Positions 1 through 9,714 of a DNA stretch of 64,000 nt are shown one piece after another; the first letter of the stretch is position 1; the number at the start of each line of letters is the position of its first letter. The stretch comes from Bradyrhizobium sp. (GTDB lineage: Bacteria > Pseudomonadota > Alphaproteobacteria > Rhizobiales > Xanthobacteraceae), in assembly GCA_036266415.1 (NCBI GenBank), contig DATANB010000083.1:3719-67718 (forward strand), read 5' to 3'. Under the pieces are notes generated by a model. The model had not been told where the DNA came from and ran no database searches. It worked only from the letters and a program-made list of their open reading frames with translations. The translations under genes and the position numbers were made by a program.

Positions 1-1408
1 CTATTGCAACGAGAGCATGTTCGATTCACTCGGCATGTTCTACAGCGTGATTTCATCGACCCAGGGCGGCTGGACCTGGCTCTCCAGCGAAGGCCGCTAC
101 ATGGGCGCCGCCGCATGGGGCGACATGGACCGCGCCAGCAATCCCTATTACGCGCGGCTGAAAGACGTCCTGCATTTGGGCGGCGACGGCGAAATACGGC
201 TCAATCGCGCCATGGCGAACTGGTACTGCGATCCGTCCTTCCAACCCTACAAGAAGCCGCTGATCGATATTATCGGTGAGCCGCTGAAACCCGATCAGCT
301 CTGGAATCCCGACGCCATGCTGCGGGTCGAAGACATCCATCACCGGCCCGACACCCGGGACCGCCTCGACAAGGCCGCCGCGACGCAGCTGGTGTTCGAG
401 GACGCGATCATCCACGTGGTCGATCATCTCCTGCGCATAACCGGCGCCAACCGGCTTGTGCTCACCGGCGGGGTGGCGCTCAATGCGCTCGGCAACATGC
501 GCCTGCTGGAGCATTTCGACGAGGCGTGGTTCGCAAATGTCCAGCAGCGCAAGGCTCGCCTGCATCTGTGGGTGCCGCCGACGCCCGGCGATCCCGGCGT
601 CACCATCGGGGCGGCCTGGTGGTTTGCGCATCTGGCCGGTGCGCCGCGCGGCGCGCCGATGACCAATGCCTTCTATTGCGGCCTGCCGCCGACCCAACAG
701 GATATCCAAAAGGCGATCGAGGCCGACGACATCGCCTCTAAGCGTATCGGCGATATCTCGACCCCGGAAGGTCGCGACGCCGTCGCCTATCTGATGGCGT
801 TCATGGTCGCGCAAAACGGCATCATCGCGCTGTATCAGGGCGCGGCTGAAACCGGCCCGCGCGCGCTCGGCCACCGCTCGATCCTTGCCAACCCCTGCGA
901 CCCCCAGGCGCGCGAACGGCTCAACGAACGGGTCAAATACCGCGAGGCGATCCGACCCTTGGCGCCGATGGTGACGCTGGAGGCAGCAAAGCAATATTTC
1001 GAACTGCTCGAGGGCGCGTCCGACGCCGATTACAACGCCTACAACTACATGGTGCTGACCGCGCAATCGAAGCCGTCCGCGCGCGACAAAATTCCCGCCG
1101 TGATTCACGCCGACGGTACCGGGCGGCTCCAGATCGTGCGCGAGCAGGACGATCCCCTGACCTACGCCTATTTGAAGGCGCTCGGTCGCCGCATCGGCGT
1201 CGAAATATCCGTCAATACCTCCTTCAATGTCGCAGGTCCGATCGCGCAGACCCCGCAACAGGCGATCGATACGCTGCGCCGTTCCAGGGGCCTCGACGTG
1301 GTGCTGATGGTAGCGGATGACGGAACGGTCACCGCGGCATGGCACGGGGGCGAACGCGATAGTGGCCGGTTTACGGCGTGGTTCTCGGAATGGAAACTCA
1401 GGCAATAA
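1..1408 (+). CDS. Carbamoyltransferase (NodU/CmcH/TobZ family), 5' end probably outside the window
   Basis: Motifs LTGGVALN, PGDPGVTIGAA, ETGPRALGHRSILANP, VKYRE.IRPLAP, HADGTGRLQ, NTSFN; the frame appears open to the window edge. Confidence 0.9.
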   Translation, partial: YCNESMFDSLGMFYSVISSTQGGWTWLSSEGRYMGAAAWGDMDRASNPYYARLKDVLHLGGDGEIRLNRAMANWYCDPSFQPYKKPLIDIIGEPLKPDQLWNPDAMLRVEDIHHRPDTRDRLDKAAATQLVFEDAIIHVVDHLLRITGANRLVLTGGVALNALGNMRLLEHFDEAWFANVQQRKARLHLWVPPTPGDPGVTIGAAWWFAHLAGAPRGAPMTNAFYCGLPPTQQDIQKAIEADDIASKRIGDISTPEGRDAVAYLMAFMVAQNGIIALYQGAAETGPRALGHRSILANPCDPQARERLNERVKYREAIRPLAPMVTLEAAKQYFELLEGASDADYNAYNYMVLTAQSKPSARDKIPAVIHADGTGRLQIVREQDDPLTYAYLKALGRRIGVEISVNTSFNVAGPIAQTPQQAIDTLRRSRGLDVVLMVADDGTVTAAWHGGERDSGRFTAWFSEWKLRQ

Positions 1409-1499
1409 GCCTGCGCATCTAGCCCACCAATTTTGCTACGTACTGTGTTTCACTCGCCGCCCGGTTGTCTCGTACTAGTTTCTCTCCTAACATGCCCGA

Positions 1500-2351
1500 A
1501 TGCAGGGCTTCGTCTACATTCTAGTTTCACCGAGCAGCAGCCACATCAAAATCGGGGGCACCGAACGCCCGATAGGCGAACGGCTGCGGGGCATCAACGG
1601 CACCGAATCCTACGCCGACCACGGCCCCTGGGAGCTATCGGATTTCTTGCACGTGACAGACTGGCGGTTGGTAGAGGGCGGCATGCACCGCCACTTTCAA
1701 GAACGAAATGTCCGCGACGTCGCTGGCACCCGTGAACTTTTTGCTGTGCCGCCTCATGAAGCAAGAACCAGATTGCGGCTGACAGACGTTGCGTTGCGTG
1801 TGGACCACGAAAAGACCGACAAGATATTCAAGAATCGGAATCTCGGGCTTTTTCTCTTCAAGCTCTTCCAGCTTTCGGGGTTGTACGGAAGCCTCGACAT
1901 TCAGGGTGCTTGGAGCTTGAGCTTGTTGCCTAAAACTAATGGCGGCCGGTGGTTCACGCTAAACATCGGTCCTCATGAAGTTGCATTCAGCACTTTCAAA
2001 CCGATCGACGGCAAGTTTGAGCATTATTTGATCCTCGACCGCCTTATCCTTGACTATCCGGAAACCATAATCTGGATTGGTAAGCACGACGGCGAGGTCC
2101 GTGAAGCCCACTACGCTTTCGCCGACCGAGCCGTAATCATCAGCTTCCGAGAGGATTTCGCATGCGCCGAGCAGGTATTTGGTCTTCCCGGCGTTCGTCG
2201 CGCCCTGATCGCATACTGGGCGGAGGCGTTGGCCGACTTGCGCGAGAGAAGGACGAAGAGCGTCTACGCCCGCTACCACTGCTACGACGCCGTCTCGGAA
2301 CTTATTGAATACAAGCGCGCTTCGGAGAACGTGTTTCGGACGCGCGATTGA
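1500..2351 (+). CDS. GIY-YIG (T5orf172-like) nuclease-domain protein with an uncharacterised C-terminal domain
   Basis: N-terminal GFVYILVS...HIKIGGT...ERLR and a later VE..MH; visibly lower GC than neighbours. Confidence 0.7.
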   Translation: MQGFVYILVSPSSSHIKIGGTERPIGERLRGINGTESYADHGPWELSDFLHVTDWRLVEGGMHRHFQERNVRDVAGTRELFAVPPHEARTRLRLTDVALRVDHEKTDKIFKNRNLGLFLFKLFQLSGLYGSLDIQGAWSLSLLPKTNGGRWFTLNIGPHEVAFSTFKPIDGKFEHYLILDRLILDYPETIIWIGKHDGEVREAHYAFADRAVIISFREDFACAEQVFGLPGVRRALIAYWAEALADLRERRTKSVYARYHCYDAVSELIEYKRASENVFRTRD

Positions 2352-2410
2352 TAGAAGGCACGGAAACTCTTCGGCCGACGAATGTCTACGGCCACCCGAT
2401 TTCCGCGCGC

Positions 2411-3283
2411 TTATCTCGGACGCGACACGATCTCGATCATTTTTCCTTCATCGTCGTCGGGAGCATGGGCTTTCGCCCGCGCATAGGCCTGCACCGCGGC
2501 GCGCCCCAGCAGGGGAGCATCGGCCAGCAGGCTGTCGGCCAAGGCGACGGCGTAGACCGCATCCTTGTGCCGCAGCGCCGCGGTAAAGGTCGCGCCGGAA
2601 AAATTCCGCGTCGCCATCCGCCTGGAATGACGGATCACCTGCGGGCTTGCCGCAACACCGGTCTCGATCGCCTCCAGCACCAGCTTCATGTCGAGGCCCG
2701 CCTGCTCGGCGATCGCCAGGCCCTCCGCTATCCCCGCGATCTGGATCGCGCCCATCAGATTGTTGATCAGCTTGTAGACCGTGCCTGATCCGACCGCGCC
2801 AAAATGCCGGATCGTGGTAGAGAGCGGCGCGAGATATGGCCGCGCCTTCTCGAGATCGGCGGGCTCGGCACCGACCAGCAGGGTCAATTTTCCGCTCGCG
2901 GCGGCGTCCGGCAGACCGGTGACCGGACTGTCGAGATAGACCAGACCGCGTCCGCGAAGTTCGCGCGCGAGATCGAGCGCGTGCTGGTACGACACGGTGG
3001 AGCATTCGATCGCCAGCGCGCCGGTTTTGGCGCTCGAAGCCGCGCCATCCTTGCCGAGCCACACCGCGCGTGACGCCTCGTCGTCGGCGACCATGGTCAC
3101 GATCGCGTCGGCGCCATCGGCCGCCTCCGCCGGCGAAGCGGCCCAGCGTGCGCCGCGCGCGATCAGGTCCGCAGCCTTGGCCTTGCTGCGATTGAAGACG
3201 GCGACCTCAAAACCGGCGCCGAGATAGCGGCCGGCCATGCCGTGGCCCATCCGTCCGAGCCCGATGAAGGCAACTTTTGTCAT
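2411..3283 (-). CDS. NAD(P)-dependent oxidoreductase, 3-hydroxyisobutyrate dehydrogenase family
   Basis: FIGLGRMGHGMA, DSPVTG, G.GTVYKLINN motifs. Confidence 0.9.
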   Translation of the reverse strand: MTKVAFIGLGRMGHGMAGRYLGAGFEVAVFNRSKAKAADLIARGARWAASPAEAADGADAIVTMVADDEASRAVWLGKDGAASSAKTGALAIECSTVSYQHALDLARELRGRGLVYLDSPVTGLPDAAASGKLTLLVGAEPADLEKARPYLAPLSTTIRHFGAVGSGTVYKLINNLMGAIQIAGIAEGLAIAEQAGLDMKLVLEAIETGVAASPQVIRHSRRMATRNFSGATFTAALRHKDAVYAVALADSLLADAPLLGRAAVQAYARAKAHAPDDDEGKMIEIVSRPR

Positions 3284-3286
3284 GGG

Positions 3287-4418
3287 TCAGTCCACATCCT
3301 CGACCGCGCCCGGCGACGCTCCGAATGCGCGCTGGGCCAGCGTCGCCGCCATGAATTCATCGAGGTCGCCGTCGAGTACGCCCGAAGTGTCCGAGGTCTG
3401 CACGCCGGTGCGCAGGTCCTTCACCATCTGATAGGGCTGCAGCACGTAGGAGCGGATCTGGTGGCCCCAGCCGATTTCCGTCTTGGCGGCCTGATCGGCG
3501 GCGGCCTGCTCCTCGCGCTTTTTCAATTCGATCTCATAGAGCCGCGCCCGCAACATGTCCCACGCCTGCGCCTTGTTCTTGTGCTGCGAGCGGCCGGCCT
3601 GACAGACCACCGCGACCCCGGTCGGAATGTGGGTGAGCCGCACCGCGGATTCGGTCTTGTTGACGTGCTGGCCGCCGGCGCCGCCCGAACGCATGGTGTC
3701 GGTGCGCACGTCACTTTCCTTGATGTCGATCTTGATGCTGTCGTCAACCACGGGAAAGACGGCGACGCTGGAGAACGAGGTGTGCCGGCGCGCGTTGGAA
3801 TCGAACGGCGAGATCCGCACCAGCCGGTGCACGCCGCCTTCGGTCTTGAGCCAGCCATAGGCGTTGTGACCGCTGATCTGGATAGTGGCGGACTTGATGC
3901 CGGCTTCCTCGCCCTGTGTCTCTTCCAGGTATTCGACCTTGAAGCCGTGCTTCTCGGCCCAGCGCGTGTACATGCGCAGCAGCATCTCGGCCCAGTCCTG
4001 GCTTTCGGTGCCGCCGGCGCCGGCATGAACCTCGAGATAGGAATCGAAACGGTCGGCCTCGCCCGACAGCAGGGCTTCCAGCTCGCGGCGGGCGACTTCC
4101 TTCTTCAGGTTCTTCAGCGCGGTCTCGGCCTCGGTGACGACGCCGGCATCGTTCTCGGCTTCGCCGAGCTCGATCATCCCGACATTGTCCTCGAGTTCGC
4201 GCTCGACCTTGCCGATGCCGCCAAGCGCGTCCTCCAGCGAGGTCCGCTCCTGCATCAGCTTCTGCGCCTTCTGGGGATCGTTCCAGAGGTTGGGATCTTC
4301 GGCGAGCTTGTTCAGCTCGGCCAGAAGCGCCGTGGATGCATCGACGTCAAAGATGCCTCCTCAGCAGCCCGACCGACTGCTTGATCTCTTCAACGAGGCG
4401 TTCGATTTCAGGGCGCAT
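3287..4418 (-). CDS. prfB: Peptide chain release factor 2, translated via a programmed +1 frameshift (376 aa)
   Basis: GGQ and SPF motifs; ATG at 4418, 23 codons to CTT-TGA-C (4352-4346), then the +1 frame runs to the stop at 3287. Confidence 0.97.
4346..4361 (-). promoter_or_regulatory. prfB frameshift cassette AGGAGG-CAT-CTT-TGA-C
   Basis: Internal Shine-Dalgarno 3 nt upstream of the slippery CTTTGAC; canonical RF2 autoregulatory signal. Confidence 0.95.
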
Positions 4419-4538
4419 GGGATCTCTGATCTGCGGCATTCGGCCGCCATACTTGATGCTGCGAGGGATGTAGCGGCGCGCGCCGCAAAGCGCAATCGGC
4501 TGTTTATATTATCTGCCAGTGTAATTCGAGCGAACGAC

Positions 4539-4979
4539 CTAAAAGCTATTGTTTGCTACGACTGACACGCGAGGGAGCGTTAGACCGAGTAGTACGTAGA
4601 CGCCGATGGCCACGGTCAGTAGGCCGGCCAAATTATATACCAAGATGGAATCTAGCCGCTGAAGTCGCGGATTTTTGGCTTTCTGCAATGCCTCTTGCGA
4701 AACAGCACTAGCTAATTCTGTCTTCCAACGCACGGCCTTGACCGCCAGAACAACGAACAGCAGAATGTGAAGAGCCGGATAGGTAAAAATATAGCTTTCA
4801 ATGCTCTCCGTCTGAACGGACCACCTGCCAGAATGTTGGACAATGGCCGGGTGCGGAAACTCTAGATAAACGTATGCGGCCGCCGAAATTCCGATCAAAC
4901 TTAAAATGCCGTTAGCAATCGCTGCTATCCACGCGTAAGCGGGTGAAGCATCAGCTATAGTCCTACTTGGAGTTGGCAT
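4539..4979 (-). CDS. Hypothetical membrane protein (about 3 TM helices), low-GC orphan
   Basis: 146-aa ORF with three hydrophobic segments, AT-richer than flanks, between mrcA and prfB. Confidence 0.55.
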   Translation of the reverse strand: MPTPSRTIADASPAYAWIAAIANGILSLIGISAAAYVYLEFPHPAIVQHSGRWSVQTESIESYIFTYPALHILLFVVLAVKAVRWKTELASAVSQEALQKAKNPRLQRLDSILVYNLAGLLTVAIGVYVLLGLTLPRVSVVANNSF

Positions 4980-5014
4980 GTTCGCGCCCTGTGCCCACTT
5001 CGCTCGAAAACGCG

Positions 5015-7504
5015 CTAGTAAAGCCCGCCGGTGCCGGGGCGCATGATGGAGCGGTCGACGTCCGGCGTCACCATGAGCGAGCGGCCGTCGGCATCGGCGA
5101 CGCCGATCACGGAATAATTATCCGGTGGCGCGGTACCGGGCTTGAAGGCTTCCAGGATTACGCCGCCGGTTTCGCCCGGACCGGCACGCATGCCGGTCTT
5201 GGACACGACCCGGATCAACTTGATGCCGGCCGGGACCTTGAACGGGATCGCGGGTTTGTCGGCAAGCGCGAGCTTCAGGAAGTCTCGGGCAATCGGCGCG
5301 GCCAGATGACCGCCGGTGGCACCGCGGCCGAGGTTGCGCGGCTTGTCGTAGCCCATGTAGATGCCGACCACGATATCGGGCGAGAAGCCGATGAACCAGG
5401 CGTCCTTTTCGTCGTTGGTGGTGCCGGTCTTGCCGGCGATCGGCTTGCCGACTTCCTTCACCACCGTTGCCGTGCCGGCCTGCACCACGCCTTCCATCAT
5501 CGAGGTGATCTGGTAGGCGGTCATCGAATCCAGCACCTGCTCCCGGCGATCGACAAGCTGGGGCTCGGGCTGGTTTTTCCAGCCGCCCGGCGCGTCGCAG
5601 CCGCGGCATTCGCGGGCGTCGTGCCTGAAGATGGTATGGCCGTAACGGTCCTGAATGCGGTCGATCAAGGTGGGCTTCACGCGCCTGCCGCCATTGGCGA
5701 ACATCGAATAGGCCGTCACCATCCGCATCACGGTGGTCTCGCCGGCGCCGAGCGCATAGGACAGATAATTCGGTAGTTCGTCATAGACGCCGAAGCGCTT
5801 GGCATATTCGCCGATCAGGGGCATGCCGATGTCCTGCGCCAGCCGTACCGTTACCGTGTTGAGCGACAATCGCAGCGCGTTGCGCAGCGTCGTCGGACCC
5901 TGGTACTTGCCGGCCGCGTAGTTCTCCGGACGCCAGACGCCCGCGCCCTGCCCCTGATCAATCTCGATCGGCGCATCGACCACGACGGTCGACGGCGTGT
6001 AGCCGTTGTCGAGCGCGGACGAGTAGACGATCGGCTTGAACGACGAGCCCGGCTGCCGATAGGCCTGCGTCGCACGATTGAACTGGCTCTGGTCGAATGA
6101 AAATCCGCCGACCATCGCCAGCACGCGTCCGGTCCAGGGATCCATCACCACCATCGCGCCGGAAACTTCCGGCAACTGCCGCAGCCGGTACTGGCCTTCG
6201 ACCGGATTGCCATCCTTTATCAGGGGGTCGGCGTAGATCACGTCGCCTGGCGAGAGCACCTGCGATACGGCGCTCGGCGTCTTGAACCGGGTCGGCCCGG
6301 TTGCCGCCTTGGCCCATTTGACGCCGTCAAGCGTGATGATTCCGGTATGACGTTCCTTCGCAACGGCGCCGCCCAGCTCGCGGCCGGGCTGGAAACCAAT
6401 TCGCGCCGACTGATCGCTGGTCTCCAGCACCACGGCCATTCGCCACGGCGATATGTCCGAGAGCGATTTGACGTCGGCGAGCTTGACGCCCCAATCGCCG
6501 GTTATGTCGATCTTGCTGGGCGCGCCGCGCCAGCCCTGCTGTTCGTCATAGGTGACGAGGCCCGCCGCCATGGTCTTGCGCGCCATCACCTGAACCTTCG
6601 GATCGAGCGTGGTGCGTACCGACAGGCCGCCTTCATAAAGTTTCTTTTCGCCGTAGCGCTCGAACACATCGCGGCGGACTTCCTCGGCAAAATATTCGCC
6701 GGCGAAAATATGCGCGGCATTGGTCCGGCTGGTCACCGTCAGCGGATCCTTGCGGGCCTTGTCGGCGTCGGCCTGCTTGATCCAGCCGTTCTCCAGAAGA
6801 CGGTCGACCACATAATTGCGGCGTTCGATCGCGCGGTCGCGGTTGCGGACCGGATGCAGCGCCGCCGGCGCCTTCGGCAGAGCGGCCAGATAGGCCGCTT
6901 CCGCCACCGTGAGCTCGTTCACCGATTTGTCGAAATAGACCAGCGAGGCCGCGGCGACTCCGTACGCGCCGAGGCCAAGATAGATTTCATTGAGATAGAG
7001 TTCGAGGATCTTGTCCTTGGAATAGGCGCGCTCGATCCGCATCGCCAGCAAGGCTTCCTTGATCTTGCGGGTGAACGACACCTCGTTGGTCAGAAGAAAG
7101 TTCTTCGCGACCTGCTGGGTGATCGTGGAGGCGCCCTGCGGGCGCCGGTTGGACCCGTAATTCTGCGCATAGAGCACCGCCGCGCGCGCCATACCGGAGA
7201 AGTCGATGCCGCCATGCTCGTAGAAGTTCTTGTCCTCGGCCGCCAGGAAGGCGTTGATGACCAGTTTTGGCACCGCCTGGATCGGCAGATACAGGCGGCG
7301 TTCCTTGGAATATTCACCGAGCAGCGCCCCGTCCGCCGCATGGACGCGCGTCATCACCGGCGGCTCGTAATCCTGAAGCTGCGAATAGTCCGGCAGATCC
7401 CTGGAAAAATGCCAGATCAGTCCCGCCGTTGCGGCGACGCCCACCAGAAACACGACGGTTCCGGCGGCGAACAGGAAACCCAAGAACCGCACCAGCAAGC
7501 GCAT
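5015..7504 (-). CDS. mrcA: Penicillin-binding protein 1A (bifunctional transglycosylase/transpeptidase)
   Basis: EDKNFYEHGG, GASTITQQVAKN, RKIKE, SSFK, SLN and KTG motifs. Confidence 0.95.
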   Translation of the reverse strand: MRLLVRFLGFLFAAGTVVFLVGVAATAGLIWHFSRDLPDYSQLQDYEPPVMTRVHAADGALLGEYSKERRLYLPIQAVPKLVINAFLAAEDKNFYEHGGIDFSGMARAAVLYAQNYGSNRRPQGASTITQQVAKNFLLTNEVSFTRKIKEALLAMRIERAYSKDKILELYLNEIYLGLGAYGVAAASLVYFDKSVNELTVAEAAYLAALPKAPAALHPVRNRDRAIERRNYVVDRLLENGWIKQADADKARKDPLTVTSRTNAAHIFAGEYFAEEVRRDVFERYGEKKLYEGGLSVRTTLDPKVQVMARKTMAAGLVTYDEQQGWRGAPSKIDITGDWGVKLADVKSLSDISPWRMAVVLETSDQSARIGFQPGRELGGAVAKERHTGIITLDGVKWAKAATGPTRFKTPSAVSQVLSPGDVIYADPLIKDGNPVEGQYRLRQLPEVSGAMVVMDPWTGRVLAMVGGFSFDQSQFNRATQAYRQPGSSFKPIVYSSALDNGYTPSTVVVDAPIEIDQGQGAGVWRPENYAAGKYQGPTTLRNALRLSLNTVTVRLAQDIGMPLIGEYAKRFGVYDELPNYLSYALGAGETTVMRMVTAYSMFANGGRRVKPTLIDRIQDRYGHTIFRHDARECRGCDAPGGWKNQPEPQLVDRREQVLDSMTAYQITSMMEGVVQAGTATVVKEVGKPIAGKTGTTNDEKDAWFIGFSPDIVVGIYMGYDKPRNLGRGATGGHLAAPIARDFLKLALADKPAIPFKVPAGIKLIRVVSKTGMRAGPGETGGVILEAFKPGTAPPDNYSVIGVADADGRSLMVTPDVDRSIMRPGTGGLY

Positions 7505-7698
7505 TATCGACTATCCGTTTCAGCCCTCACGCCGCAACGCCCGGCGTCTTCCTCAGCGCAAACCCGGATCCCAGAACAATCCGCGCTCCGCGCCCGCGCA
7601 TAATACGCTGGCCGGAAGGTAATTTTGATCGATTCCCAGGGCCGCGCGGCCATTTTTTTATAGGGCTGCCGCTGTGGCCAAACTAGGGCTTCCACCAA

Positions 7699-9012
7699 TT
7701 ACGGGTTTCCTTTTAATTCACCAGCCCCAGCCGTTGCCAGCCGTTTGGCAAAAAAGGCGTCGATGGCCTGCGCCATCGATCCGACGGTCCGGGCGCGCCA
7801 GCTATCCGATACCAGGTGTTCGAGATCGCCCTTATTGGAGACATAACCGAGTTCGACCAGCACCGACGGGATGTCCGGCGCCTTCAGCACCCTAAAGCCC
7901 GCGGACTTCAGCGGATGCTTGTGCATCCGCACCGTGTGCTTCATTTCGCCCATCAACAGACGCGCGAAGCGGTTTGAAAATGTGCGGGTTTCGCGTTGCG
8001 CCAGATCGATCAGGATATCGGCGACCTCGGTCGGTTCTTCGGTCAGGTTAACCCCGCCGATGGCGTCGGCCTTGTTTTCCGTCTCCGCCAGCCTTTCGGC
8101 CTCGGCGTCGGAGGCGCGGTCGGACAGCGTGTAGATCGTGGCTCCCTGGGCATCGCCTTCACCGCGCGGCAGCGCATCGGCATGGATCGAGACAAACAGC
8201 GCCGCCGATTGATTGCGGGCGATCCTGACACGGTCCGCGAGCGGGATGAAGGTATCATCGGTACGGGTCATGACGACACGGTATTTGCCGCTTTTCTCGA
8301 TGCGATCGCGCAATGCCAGGCCAAATCCAAGGACGAGCTCTTTTTCGTTGGGGCCTCCGGCCTGCGTGCCATTGTCGATGCCGCCGTGACCGGGGTCGAT
8401 TACCACGACAGGCCGCAAATCCGCGGGCGCATCGGGCTTTGACACGGCCGGCGCTTCCGCCGGCGCCGCGGCTATGGCGGGCTCGGCGATGGCGGGCCTC
8501 AGCTGCGGCCGGCTTTCGGCCGCGAGTGATTGAACGAAGCCGGTGCGGTCGACTTCTTCGAGCTCGAGCACCAGCCGCGGCGGCTGGCCGTTGGCCGCTT
8601 CCAGCACATAGGAGTTTGCGATCCGGGCCGGGCCCGTCAGGTCGAACACGATCCGCGAACCGCCCGGCATCACCAGGCCATAGCGGAACGCCTTGACCAG
8701 TCCGCGTCCGGCGGTTCCGGTCCCGGCAGGCAGTCGAAAGCTGACCTGGGGAATGTCCACCACCACCCGATACGGATCGGCCAGCGCAAAGGCGCGAAAC
8801 CGGATGGTCTTGTCGAGATCAAGAACGAAGCGGGTTTGCTTGGCGTCACCGGCCAGTCGGGCGTCGGAGGCGATGGGGAAATTCGATGCCGCTATCGGCG
8901 TCGAGGATTGATCCTCTGCCGCGCTTGCGGCAGTCGTATGGGAGCACAGTAATGCTGCAGCGCACAGGAGAGCGCATCCCAGCAAAACACCATGATTTGT
9001 GCGGCTCGCCAA
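7699..9012 (-). CDS. amiC: N-acetylmuramoyl-L-alanine amidase (AMIN + Amidase_3)
   Basis: IDPGHGG, NEK, SIHAD, VLVELGY motifs; signal peptide; TTG start (exact start uncertain). Confidence 0.9.
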   Translation of the reverse strand: MASRTNHGVLLGCALLCAAALLCSHTTAASAAEDQSSTPIAASNFPIASDARLAGDAKQTRFVLDLDKTIRFRAFALADPYRVVVDIPQVSFRLPAGTGTAGRGLVKAFRYGLVMPGGSRIVFDLTGPARIANSYVLEAANGQPPRLVLELEEVDRTGFVQSLAAESRPQLRPAIAEPAIAAAPAEAPAVSKPDAPADLRPVVVIDPGHGGIDNGTQAGGPNEKELVLGFGLALRDRIEKSGKYRVVMTRTDDTFIPLADRVRIARNQSAALFVSIHADALPRGEGDAQGATIYTLSDRASDAEAERLAETENKADAIGGVNLTEEPTEVADILIDLAQRETRTFSNRFARLLMGEMKHTVRMHKHPLKSAGFRVLKAPDIPSVLVELGYVSNKGDLEHLVSDSWRARTVGSMAQAIDAFFAKRLATAGAGELKGNP

Positions 9013-9060
9013 CGAATCCGTGCCTCCGAGCAGCCCTCTTACCCCAATAGAACCACAGGG

Positions 9061-9076
9061 TTAAGTGGAACCTAAC
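9061..9076. promoter_or_regulatory. Putative CtrA box TTAA-N7-CTAAC upstream of amiC
   Basis: ttaagtggaacctaac, one mismatch to TTAA-N7-TTAAC, ~50 bp before a cell-division amidase. Confidence 0.4.
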
Positions 9077-9714
9077 ACAGTTTCGGTGAATAAGGCCGAG
9101 TGTTCCCGCGCTGCGACGCTTCCCTTGCACGCAGGCCCCAATCCACGTATGTACAAGGGGCTGATAGTTAAATCTCCCGGTTGTGTCGTGTTCAGCCTCC
9201 CGGTGCAGCGCGGGAACCTCCGAACTCAGGAGATTCCAGCGTCTTTCCGATCCCTCCACAGCCAGCGCAGCGCGCGGCTGACTTAAGGAGTGGCGGTTTC
9301 GAGCCCGAGCGGCGTCCGGTCCCAGGTTACCATCTTTTTCCAGGGACGGTTTCGACACGGCATAACCGATTATCCGGACCCAAGGGCCCGATATGCGACC
9401 AGCCGGCGAGCGCTTTGGCGCCACGCCGGGCTTTCAGCGACAGACAAGGCGGCGCCTTTTGCCGCAACGTGTTCAGACGGGCCGACGCTTGATGCGCCAG
9501 ACTGTATTGCCGACCAAGATCCACAGAACAACCGCGCCGATGCGGAGCGAAAGCTCCGCGCGTCGTCTGGCTTCGTGCGGATCCGGTTCGGACCGGCGCC
9601 CCGGGTTGCGTTTTGGCCTTCCCCTCACCCCCGAATCAGGTGGACCGTCGCGTCACCCGGCGGCGCGATACGCGCTTGCTGTGATACGCGCCCGCCGCCG
9701 TCAAGAGTTTCAAA

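Noticed and set aside
1-1408. nodU/nolO as evidence of a symbiosis island
   Set aside because: No nod genes or nod box in the window; only family-level carbamoyltransferase is supportable
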